A DNA stretch of 64,000 nucleotides from the NCBI GenBank assembly GCA_963779755.1, contig CAVZZO010000001.1, positions 928,001-992,000 on the forward strand. Direction: 5' to 3'. Below, one piece after another: positions 27,182 through 35,282 of this stretch. The position numbers were made by a program, and so were the translations under genes. Every line of letters starts with the position of its first letter. The stretch's first letter is position 1. The notes beneath the pieces are model-generated. The model did not search any database and was not told where the DNA came from. It saw only the letters and a list, made by a program, of their open reading frames with translations. The DNA is from an uncultured Gemmatimonadales bacterium (GTDB lineage: Bacteria > Gemmatimonadota > Gemmatimonadetes > Gemmatimonadales > GWC2-71-9).

Positions 27182-27470
27182 TGAATCGCCCCGGCTTTTC
27201 CAGAGACTCGGTTACGTGAGTACCCCATCCACGGCTTGAGCGGATGCGGCACGGTGAAACTGCTCCTCGTACTCCGCCGGGGGGAGGTAGCCCAGCGGTT
27301 CCAGCAGGCGCTGAGTGTTGTAGCAAGCCACCCATTCCAGGGTGCCGTATTCGACCTTGTCCAGCCCGCGCCAGGGGCCGGCCTGCCGAATGACCTCGGT
27401 CTTGAACAAGCCGATCACCGTCTCGGCCAAGGCGTTATCGTAGGAATCCCCCCGGCTCCCGACCCACGGC
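27182..27470 (-). mobile_element. IS3-family remnant: integrase C-terminus and terminal inverted repeat
   Basis: VGSRGDSYDNALAETVIGLFKTE..YN..RL..LGYLPPAEYE; end TGAATCGCCCCGGCTTTTCCAGAGACTC resembles the IS6110 IR as I recall it. Confidence 0.85.
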
Positions 27471-27614
27471 GTTCAGCGTTGTAGAGGCTACCGTACTTAG
27501 TGGGGGATCGCTCGTCTATGCCTTTTTGACCTCTTATCGGCGGCGGGCCCACGTTTTCCTTGCGCAGTATCCTCCCAGCCGGTAAGCTGAACTCGACGGC
27601 CCAGAAGAACAACC

Positions 27615-28040
27615 ATGTCTCTTAACATTCCTGTGGCGAAACTGTTGCCTCTGTTGGCCGTACAGGCTCGGGCTCTGCTCCTGTCCGCCGTTGAGTCCGA
27701 AGCCTTCCGCCTGCCGGCCGGACCAGCAGCGCGCCTGCTCGGCATGGCCCGCCGGCAGCAGTTGGACTCGGTGCTTCGGAGTGCGGGACTTCCATCCTGG
27801 AAGACCCCTCAGGAATTGGCTGCAGGTGCTTGATCGCATACTCCATTGGGAAGACGGTCATCGTTCATTGAGCGCTCAGGCACTTGCCGATGGCAGGAAT
27901 CCCTCTGGGTACTACCGCATGGTGGAGCGCGTCACTGGCCGTTTGTGGACGGAGGTCAAGGCGCTGGGATCTGACTGGGTCCTGTCGGAATTCGCGCGAG
28001 TTCTCGGCGTGCCGCCACGTTCAATCGAAGGGTTAGATAA
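27615..28040 (+). pseudogene. AraC-like HTH regulator paralog with a +1 frameshift at CCCC 27805-27808
   Basis: Removing one C joins LRSAGLPSWKT to LRNWL..SLSAQALADGRNPS..W.EVK..GS.W...EF..VL, collinear with 30307-30765; 3' end approximate. Confidence 0.65.
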
Positions 28041-28079
28041 CCCGGCGTTCGCGGGGGGGGGAGTTGAGCGCCTGATCGC

Positions 28080-28139
28080 CGAGACTCGGCTTCAGCCGAG
28101 GCAGAGGGCCCAAAGGCGCTCCCCTGTCACTTCAGTGAC
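28080..28139 (-). repeat. REP-like unit, copy 4, inverted
   Basis: cgagactcggcttcagccgag and gtcacttcagtgac. Confidence 0.75.
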
Positions 28140-28231
28140 AATCCCTGCCGGGAAACGGCTTCACCCGAGTGTACAATTCTCAGCGTACCACGTCATACGC
28201 GACCAGCGGCGGTACGGAGGCCCAGAATTTG

Positions 28232-28825
28232 CTACGTCCCAGCGGGTCTCTCAGGCACAATTGCAGCCATCTTGCGGCGAGGACCCCAGACAAATGTCTG
28301 GGCCAGTGCGTACTGATCTTCCAGAAGCTGTACATGTGCGACAACGCTCTGGCCGTCACACCCAAGAACCTGTATCGCTCTCCTGCTTCCGTTCAGCACC
28401 ATCCTGTTCGGAAAATGGCGTGCTAGCTCCTGCATGGCGCCAAAATCACCGGAGACCAGGTGTTCAAATGACTCCCTTAGACGTTCCTCATACCGGAAGC
28501 CTGCCGTCGTGTCAAGCACAAGACGAAGAAACCTAGCAGGCGGAAGCCATTCGATATTGGCAATGCATGATGGGTGGGTCGAGCAATAGGTTCCCGTGTA
28601 ACAGGGATGACCACCCCATTTAGGGCCATATAGGGGATCGGGGTCGAGCCAAACCAGATGGCCCGTTTCAAGTCCGTTAGAACAATCGGTGCACCAACCG
28701 CAGTTTGAGGGCTCTCCAGTCCGCAGTTGTTGGCGGGTTGCGTGGTCGCTGGAGTGGTATTCAGCCCCGATAATCAGCGCGATGGCGGGCAACAGTATGC
28801 CCAAGGAACGACTGGGTGGCAGCAT
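28232..28825 (-). CDS. Exported Cys/His-rich protein (CxxCxxC..H..HxC-x5-C-xxHxxC + C-terminal domain)
   Basis: GGAGGTGA SD; hydrophobic N-terminus; starts 3 bp downstream of the propeller stop. Confidence 0.75.
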   Translation of the reverse strand: MLPPSRSLGILLPAIALIIGAEYHSSDHATRQQLRTGEPSNCGWCTDCSNGLETGHLVWLDPDPLYGPKWGGHPCYTGTYCSTHPSCIANIEWLPPARFLRLVLDTTAGFRYEERLRESFEHLVSGDFGAMQELARHFPNRMVLNGSRRAIQVLGCDGQSVVAHVQLLEDQYALAQTFVWGPRRKMAAIVPERPAGT

Positions 28826-28828
28826 CTC

Positions 28829-29929
28829 TCACCTCCTGCTCAGAATCAGTTCGACAATGCGCATCCGCCAAGTACCGTCTTCGTTCTCCTCGCCGCTGAG
28901 GGCAATGCCTGGCGCCATAACGTGCGAAATACCAGCGTCGTGACGTTCGCGGTGCACGACCTCGGCACTGCCAGGGTCAATGACCTCAATCATTGTGTCG
29001 TAGGCCCTATTCTGATCGGTAGGGAGGTAAGTGCGCCTCCCCTCCGGGGAGTCGTAGGGTTCGACCGCCTCCCGCCAGTGCGGGTCAGGAATTCTTGTCA
29101 GCGTCCAAACCAGGCCGTCCGCGTCCTGCCAGGCGCCGAGTAGCACGGGCGGAGCGGGGCGGTCGGGAGAATTGGACCAGAACCCCTCATAAGGATGGAA
29201 CCACGTCGGAGAACGCCGGAGCACGCGTACAGCTTCAGCCGAAGGGTCATATAAGCCGAGTTCGTACCGGTTGTAGACCGAGGCCGCCCAGAAGCCCTTT
29301 TCCCCAGCCAGGAACAGGCGGCGTCTAAGGGGCATGGTTGACCCTAGTGTCAGAGTGGGTACATCGCTTCCGAAGGCACTCCCTAGCTCTCCATGTGAAC
29401 TGACCATGTGCAGGGGAAACCCGGCTTTCTCACGAGTAGGGATGATTGCATTTACTACAAGGCTGCCGTCCGGCAGCCGGACCATAGCGGCAGGGGGAGC
29501 CATGCCAGTCAAGGCAAAACCTCGTACTGCCTGGAGCGTCGGAGAAAGAACGGTAACCCGGCGATTGGCGCGATCATAAACGAGCACCGAGTCCCCCTCC
29601 CCTGCGGTGAGCAGGAGCGGGGCCCGATACTCGCCCGGCCCTTCTCCTTCCCTCCCGACCAAATGTGAGTTCCGGCCTGTGCTATCGAAGAAGATCGGTG
29701 TCGGAGAATTGGCAAAGAGGAACAGGAACCCCGCGCGGGTGCGAACACCTGCCTGGGGGTACTCATCCAGGCCATGCCGGCGTGTACCCAACGTGGCGAT
29801 CGTCTGAACCCTGATATTGCATTGGGGGCAACGTTGCTCGTCCGCAATGAGAATCGTGTCTTGAGCCTGCAACGGCTGAAACCATTGCAGACTCAACACG
29901 GCGGCCGTGAAACTGACGACAGAGCGCAT
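28829..29929 (-). CDS. 6-bladed beta-propeller exported protein
   Basis: Signal peptide ending LQA; CPQC.I; VGREGEGPGEY; YDTMIEVID; related to 21031-22107. Confidence 0.8.
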   Translation of the reverse strand: MRSVVSFTAAVLSLQWFQPLQAQDTILIADEQRCPQCNIRVQTIATLGTRRHGLDEYPQAGVRTRAGFLFLFANSPTPIFFDSTGRNSHLVGREGEGPGEYRAPLLLTAGEGDSVLVYDRANRRVTVLSPTLQAVRGFALTGMAPPAAMVRLPDGSLVVNAIIPTREKAGFPLHMVSSHGELGSAFGSDVPTLTLGSTMPLRRRLFLAGEKGFWAASVYNRYELGLYDPSAEAVRVLRRSPTWFHPYEGFWSNSPDRPAPPVLLGAWQDADGLVWTLTRIPDPHWREAVEPYDSPEGRRTYLPTDQNRAYDTMIEVIDPGSAEVVHRERHDAGISHVMAPGIALSGEENEDGTWRMRIVELILSRR

Positions 29930-30262
29930 TGACGATGCTCTCAGAGGTGCGGCGAAGACCGGCGAAGTGCTGTGCTGCAGGTGCCTGGATAGCACGGCAT
30001 CAGAGTGAGACAGGAGCCTAAGTGCGAGGACATCTTCCGTCGGGAATTTCCACGGGATCTGCTCAGCCATTTCACGGCCCGGCACCCGAAGCCCATACGC
30101 ATCAATAGCGGTCCGGTCCGCCGGTTGCTATGCATTTCTGAGCGGAAGCCCTGGTTGACAGTGGACGGGGAGATGGGTAGTCCAACGTCTGGAGGTTCTG
30201 CGTTGTTGCATCCGGCGGGTCTTGAGATGCTCGGGCCACAGACTATCGAGAGCGGGCCAATC

Positions 30263-30291
30263 TTGACACATTCCACGGAGGGCGGTAGCGT
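30263..30291 (+). promoter_or_regulatory. Sigma70-type promoter TTGACA-N17-TAGCGT for the HTH gene
   Basis: Canonical spacing; GGGAGG SD at 30297-30302; second TTGACA-N17-TAGTCC at 30155-30183. Confidence 0.6.
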
Positions 30292-30306
30292 CGGACGGGA
30301 GGCAGC

Positions 30307-30765
30307 ATGTTCAGTCCAATGCACATCCACATGCTCGCGGCGATTACAGTGCCAGGCGAAGGAAGAACCCAGCTGCTACGGCGGATTGTTGAAACGAGTG
30401 CGTTCTTAGGAGGCGCTGATCGCTGTGCCGAAATACTTGACCTTCGTAACCGCTATTGCCTCACTCGGACTCTCAAGTCCTATGGGCTTCCGCCCTGGCG
30501 TATATTGAGACGATGGTTGCGTCTGATCTACTGGCTGCTGATCTCGGAGATCACCGAACTGAGCTTGTCCGCGTGGTCCCTGGAGCAGGGCAAGAATCCG
30601 TCAACTGACGTACGTGCCGTCAGGTCACTGGTCGGCCTCACATGGGGCGAGGCAAAGGTAAGAGGTTCGGCCTGGGCGATAGCAGAGTTCGAGCAAGTAC
30701 TACGTCACTCCATCACGGATAGTACCCTTGCTGGTGGTTCTCGGGAGGATTGTCAGTCCGGCTAG
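30307..30765 (+). CDS. AraC-like HTH domain protein (no sensor domain)
   Basis: LTRTLKSYGLPPW..LRRWLRL..SLS..S...GKNPS...R..R...G.TW pattern; promoter and SD present. Confidence 0.65.
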   Translation: MFSPMHIHMLAAITVPGEGRTQLLRRIVETSAFLGGADRCAEILDLRNRYCLTRTLKSYGLPPWRILRRWLRLIYWLLISEITELSLSAWSLEQGKNPSTDVRAVRSLVGLTWGEAKVRGSAWAIAEFEQVLRHSITDSTLAGGSREDCQSG

Positions 30766-30862
30766 CCTCCCCCCCCTTGCGCCCCTCCCCAGAATCGCCA
30801 CACTAGAGAGAAGCACCCGTCCCGCGCCTCCCGCGGGCCGGGTCGTCCTTGGCCAAGATTCC

Positions 30863-31969
30863 ATGACCCGCACCCTTCGCCTGCCCGTTGCCGCGGGCCT
30901 CTGCCTCGTTCTCCTCAGCCTCTCCGCCTGCCACGGCAAAGAGGCGCAGGCGGATGACGCGCATACCGCGGATTCCGGCGGAAGTGCGTCAAGCATTGCG
31001 CTGCCGGTCGTCGGGGAACCGGCCCGCAAGGGCGACCTCGTCCTCTCGGTCACCACCACCGGGCAGGTACGATCCGACGCGGTAGCCGAACTGAAGGCGG
31101 AAACCGGCGGCACGGTCCTCAAGGTGCTGGCGAAACCGGGCGACCGGGTGAAGCAGGGCGAGCCGCTGGTGCAACTCGACCCCCGCTCGTTCGATCTCGC
31201 GGTGCGCGACGCGGAGGCCCAGCTGGAACAGGCGCGGATCCGCTATCGCGACTACGTGGTGCCCGACTCGATCGTTTCCGGCAGCCTCCCCGCCGAACGC
31301 CGCACCACCGCCGAGGCCCGGGCCGGCGTCACTGCGGCTCAGGTGGCGCTGGACAAGGCGAAGCTGGATCGCGAGCGTGCCACCATCGCGGCGCCCTTCA
31401 ACGGTGTCGTCGACCAGGTGGATGTGGCCGAGGGTGAGCGCCTCTCAGCGGGGCAGGCGATCGCCAAAGTGGTGGACGTGGACAATCTGCGGATTGAAGC
31501 CCAGGTATTGGAACACGACTTGCCGCTCATCCAGGTGGGCGGCCAGGCCCTGATCACCACCCCGGCCACTGCAGGCCGCCCGGTTGTCGGCCGGATTTCG
31601 GCGGTGCTGCCGCTGGTGGACAGCGTGACCCGTGCAGGCCGCGCGCTGATCCGGGTGAAATCGAGGGGCGTGTTACGACCCGGGATGTACGCTGACGTGA
31701 AGCTGGAAGCGCGGCGCCTCACGAATAGAGTGTTGGTTCCGGCCGCGGCGGTGATCGAGCGCGACGGCCGGCCGCTGGTCTTCGTCGTCAAGGAAAGCCG
31801 GGCCCAGTGGGTCTACATCAATCCCGGCCCCAGCAACGGCACCGATACCGAAGTCCTGCCCGATTCCGAGACCGGCAAGATCCCCGTCGCCCCCGGCGAT
31901 ACGGTGCTGGTGGAAGGACACCTGACACTCACGCATGATGCGCCCGTGAGACTCGTGACTAAGGAATGA
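30863..31969 (+). CDS. RND efflux periplasmic adaptor (MFP) lipoprotein
   Basis: Lipobox LSAC; PGDRVKQGEPL, IAAPFNGVV, LRPGMY, VLVPAAAV. Confidence 0.92.
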   Translation: MTRTLRLPVAAGLCLVLLSLSACHGKEAQADDAHTADSGGSASSIALPVVGEPARKGDLVLSVTTTGQVRSDAVAELKAETGGTVLKVLAKPGDRVKQGEPLVQLDPRSFDLAVRDAEAQLEQARIRYRDYVVPDSIVSGSLPAERRTTAEARAGVTAAQVALDKAKLDRERATIAAPFNGVVDQVDVAEGERLSAGQAIAKVVDVDNLRIEAQVLEHDLPLIQVGGQALITTPATAGRPVVGRISAVLPLVDSVTRAGRALIRVKSRGVLRPGMYADVKLEARRLTNRVLVPAAAVIERDGRPLVFVVKESRAQWVYINPGPSNGTDTEVLPDSETGKIPVAPGDTVLVEGHLTLTHDAPVRLVTKE

Positions 31970-32060
31970 AACGGTGAGCGGTAAACGGTAAGCGGTGAGC
32001 GGGCGCGCACCGAACCCCTCGCCGCGGTCCCGCTCACTGCTCACTGCTTACCGCTCACTG
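31970..32060. repeat. Palindromic heptamer element (GCGGT[AG]A)n ... (CTCACTG/CTTACCG)n
   Basis: Direct reading. Confidence 0.85.
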
Positions 32061-32062
32061 TC

Positions 32063-35000
32063 ATGTCCCTCTCCTCACGCTCCATCTCCCGCCCCGTCAC
32101 CACCATCGCCGCGCTGCTGGCGCTGGTGCTGGTGGGGATCGTGAGCCTGAGCCGGCTGCCGGTCTCGCTGCTGCCCGATGTGCAGCTACCGGTGCTCACG
32201 ATCCGGACGCACTACCCGGGTGCCGCCGCGATGGAGGCGTCTCGCCTCGTCGCCGAGCCGATCGAGGAGGCCATCGGCGCGACGCCCGGCCTGGTGGAGC
32301 TGCGCTCGGTGAGCCGAACTGACGAGGTCACCACCACCGCGCGCTTCGCCTGGGGCACCGACATGGCGGCCACGGTGCTGGCCGTGCGCGAGCGGCTGGA
32401 CAACGTCCGCAGCCGGCTGCCGGAGAAGGCCGAGCGTCCCACCCTCCTCACCAGCGACCCGGGCCAGCGGCCCATCGCGATGCTGGCCCTCACCGGGGTG
32501 GGAGATCTGCGGGTCGTCTCCCGCACGGCCAAGGAGGTCCACGCCCGCCGGCTGGAACAGCTCGACGGTGTCGCCAGCGTGGCGGTGGTCGGTGAGCCCA
32601 AGGACGAGATCCGGGTGGAGCTGGACCCCAACCGGATGCGTGCGCTGGGCATCTCGCCCGAGGATGTGAGTCAGGCGCTCCAGGCCGCCAATTGGGGCGC
32701 GCCTGGAGGGACGATCAAGCGGGGGCAGTTCCGCTATTCGGTTCGCGCCCTCACCGAGTTCCAGAGCCTGAACGAGATCGGCGAGATACCGGTGGGGCCG
32801 GCCGGCAGCGCCCGCTTGCGGGACATCGCCACCGTCACCCTCGCCACCGCCGATCCGCTGACGGTCGTCCGCCTGGACGGCAAGCCCGCCGTTGGCCTGG
32901 TGGTCTACAAGGACGCCAACGCCAATACCGTCGCCGTCACCAGGAAGATCGACGAGGCAGTGGCGCAGCTGGAACAGGAGTTCCCCGGCGTCCATCTCAC
33001 CGTGGTGGCGGCGCAAGCCCGTTTCGTGAAGGACGCGCTCACCAACCTGGGCCAGGAGATCATCGCCGGCGGCATCCTTGCCGTGCTGGTGATCATGCTG
33101 TTCCTGCAGGACATCCGCGCGTCGCTCAGCATCGCGCTGGTCGTGCCGCTCTCGGTGCTGGTGGCGCTGGTCGCGCTCCAGGCGCTCCACGTCACCATCA
33201 ATGTCCTCTCGCTCGGCGGCCTGGCACTCGGCGTCGGCATGCTGGTGGACAACGCCATCGTGGTCGCCGAGGCGACTCGGCGCAAACGGGACGAAGGACT
33301 TCCACCGGCGGAGGCGGCACGGGTCGCGACGGACGAAGTCGCGGGGCCGCTCATCGCGGGGACGCTGACAACGCTGCTGGTCTTCGGACCGATCGTCTTC
33401 GTTCGCGGCCTGGCGGCGGCCCTGTTCCGAGATCTGAGTCTGAGCGTGGTGACGGCGGTGGGAGCGTCGCTGCTGTTGGCGCTTACCCTGATGCCCGTCA
33501 TGATGGCGCGGGGCGGTAAGCGGTCAGCAGTAAGCGGTAAGCGGGGCCCCGGTTCCGGCCCGCTCACCGCTCACCGCTCACTGCTGACCAGGTGGGGGCA
33601 TTACCTGTCCGAGGCGTACGAACACGGCGTCGCCTGGTGCCTCGACCACCCCTTACGGGTGTTCGCGGTTTCTCTTGCGGTGGTGCTCGCGACCGCGCTT
33701 CTCGCCTTGCGGCTCCCGCGGGAGATCCTGCCGCAGGTGGATGAGGGTGTGATGGTTGCCGAGGTGAAGCTGCCGGTGGGCACAGCCCTGGAGGAGACCA
33801 CCCGCAACGTGGGCCGTGTGGAAGACGCCGCGGAGGCATTGGGCTCCGCCCGGATCTACAGCCGGGTGGGGGTCGCGACCGATGAGGAAATCCTGGCCGG
33901 GGCCGATCCTGGCACCTCCAGCACGGCACAGATGGTGATTCCCGTACCGCCAGGCGCCGACGCACAGGAGTTCGCCGACCGGCTGCGCGCCAGGGTGCCC
34001 GACCTCGCGGCGGGATCCCTGGCCCTGGATCTGGCGGGACAGTCGGAGTTCGGCAGTCTCATCGGCCGCGAGGGGCGGCTGGTGAGCCTCGAGGTGAGCG
34101 GCCTGGATCAGAAGCAGGCGGAGGTCTGGGCCGATTCCGCCCGGCGCATCGTCGGAGGGATTCACGGGCTGGCCGACGTGCGCGATGCCTACGCCGGCAC
34201 CCAGCCGGTGGTGGAGATCACGCTGGAGCGGCAGCGGATCGCGCTGCGGGGCCTGAGCGTGGAACAGGTGGCGGGCGCCCTCTCGGGCGGGCTCGGGGGC
34301 ATCAAGGCGACCGATTTTCGCGAGACGGACAAGCGCACGCCGATCACCGTCCGGCTGGCGGGCAGCGCCAACGAAGATCTCGACGCCGCGCTCAACACCG
34401 TGGTGCAGGGAGTCCCGGTGGGGCAGCTGGTAACGGTGCATGAGACCCGCGCCCCGATCGAGGTGGTGCGGGTGAACCAGCGCCCGGTGTCCATCGTGGA
34501 AGCGGTGGTGGAACGCGGCGGGACGGCGCGAGCAACCGAAGCGGTCGAGACGGCGCTCGGGTCTCTCGCCACGCCGCCCGGCCTCACCTGGACCGTGACG
34601 GGCGCCGATGTCGAGCAACGCCGCACCACCCACGAACTGAGCCTGGTGGCGGTACTGTCGGTGGCCCTGGTCTTTCTGGTGCTGGCGGGCGAGTTCGCCT
34701 CGTTCACCACGCCGCTGCTCATCATGCTCACCGTGCCGCTGGCCGCCGGCGGCGGGATCGTGATCCTCTGGCTCACGGGCCAGAGCCTCAACGCCGTGTC
34801 GCTCATCGGCATGGTGGTGATGATCGGTATCGCCGACAACGATGCCGTGGTGAAGCTCGATGCCATTCGGCGCTACCGGGCGCAGGGGCTTCCCATCCGC
34901 GAAGCGATAATGAAGGGCGGCCGCGAGCGGCTGCGCGCCATCGCCATGACCTCGCTGACGACGGTCGTCGGCGTCCTGCCGCTCATCGTGGGCATCGGCA

Positions 35001-35209
35001 GCGGCGGCCAGCTCTATCAGCCGCTCGCCGCCGGCATCATCGGCGGGTCCATCTCGGCGACGCTGGTGACCTTCTTTCTCCTTCCCACGGCATATGGAGT
35101 GGTGGAGACGTATAAGGAAAGGAAGGCGGTAATGGCGGTACAGGCGGTAACGGCGGTAGAACCTCATGCCCTGACTCCCTCCCCACGCGGTGGAGAGGGG
35201 GAACCGTGA
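32063..35209 (+). CDS. RND efflux permease subunit 1 (AcrB/CusA superfamily)
   Basis: TINVLSLGGLALGVGMLVDNAIVVAE; RLRAIAMTSLTT; 1048 aa. Confidence 0.95.
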   Translation: MSLSSRSISRPVTTIAALLALVLVGIVSLSRLPVSLLPDVQLPVLTIRTHYPGAAAMEASRLVAEPIEEAIGATPGLVELRSVSRTDEVTTTARFAWGTDMAATVLAVRERLDNVRSRLPEKAERPTLLTSDPGQRPIAMLALTGVGDLRVVSRTAKEVHARRLEQLDGVASVAVVGEPKDEIRVELDPNRMRALGISPEDVSQALQAANWGAPGGTIKRGQFRYSVRALTEFQSLNEIGEIPVGPAGSARLRDIATVTLATADPLTVVRLDGKPAVGLVVYKDANANTVAVTRKIDEAVAQLEQEFPGVHLTVVAAQARFVKDALTNLGQEIIAGGILAVLVIMLFLQDIRASLSIALVVPLSVLVALVALQALHVTINVLSLGGLALGVGMLVDNAIVVAEATRRKRDEGLPPAEAARVATDEVAGPLIAGTLTTLLVFGPIVFVRGLAAALFRDLSLSVVTAVGASLLLALTLMPVMMARGGKRSAVSGKRGPGSGPLTAHRSLLTRWGHYLSEAYEHGVAWCLDHPLRVFAVSLAVVLATALLALRLPREILPQVDEGVMVAEVKLPVGTALEETTRNVGRVEDAAEALGSARIYSRVGVATDEEILAGADPGTSSTAQMVIPVPPGADAQEFADRLRARVPDLAAGSLALDLAGQSEFGSLIGREGRLVSLEVSGLDQKQAEVWADSARRIVGGIHGLADVRDAYAGTQPVVEITLERQRIALRGLSVEQVAGALSGGLGGIKATDFRETDKRTPITVRLAGSANEDLDAALNTVVQGVPVGQLVTVHETRAPIEVVRVNQRPVSIVEAVVERGGTARATEAVETALGSLATPPGLTWTVTGADVEQRRTTHELSLVAVLSVALVFLVLAGEFASFTTPLLIMLTVPLAAGGGIVILWLTGQSLNAVSLIGMVVMIGIADNDAVVKLDAIRRYRAQGLPIREAIMKGGRERLRAIAMTSLTTVVGVLPLIVGIGSGGQLYQPLAAGIIGGSISATLVTFFLLPTAYGVVETYKERKAVMAVQAVTAVEPHALTPSPRGGEGEP

Positions 35210-35282
35210 CGACAGCCACGGGCGTGCACCTACCGCCTTTACCACCGCTACCGCCCATACCGCCGGTGCGGCGGTCCCGCCC

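Noticed and set aside
24990..28139. CRISPR array or integron attC array
   Set aside because: Only four units with irregular kb-scale spacing and mixed orientation; no cas or integrase gene; better explained as TnpA-associated hairpins
27691..28536. 281-aa standalone gene
   Set aside because: Only the part from about 27808 to 28010 is HTH-like; the rest reads through a REP unit and antisense to the Cys-rich gene
28232..28825. c-type cytochrome, radical-SAM motif or classic RiPP precursor
   Set aside because: No CxxCH; spacing is CxxCxxC rather than CxxxCxxC; no modifying enzyme or peptidase-ABC transporter in the window
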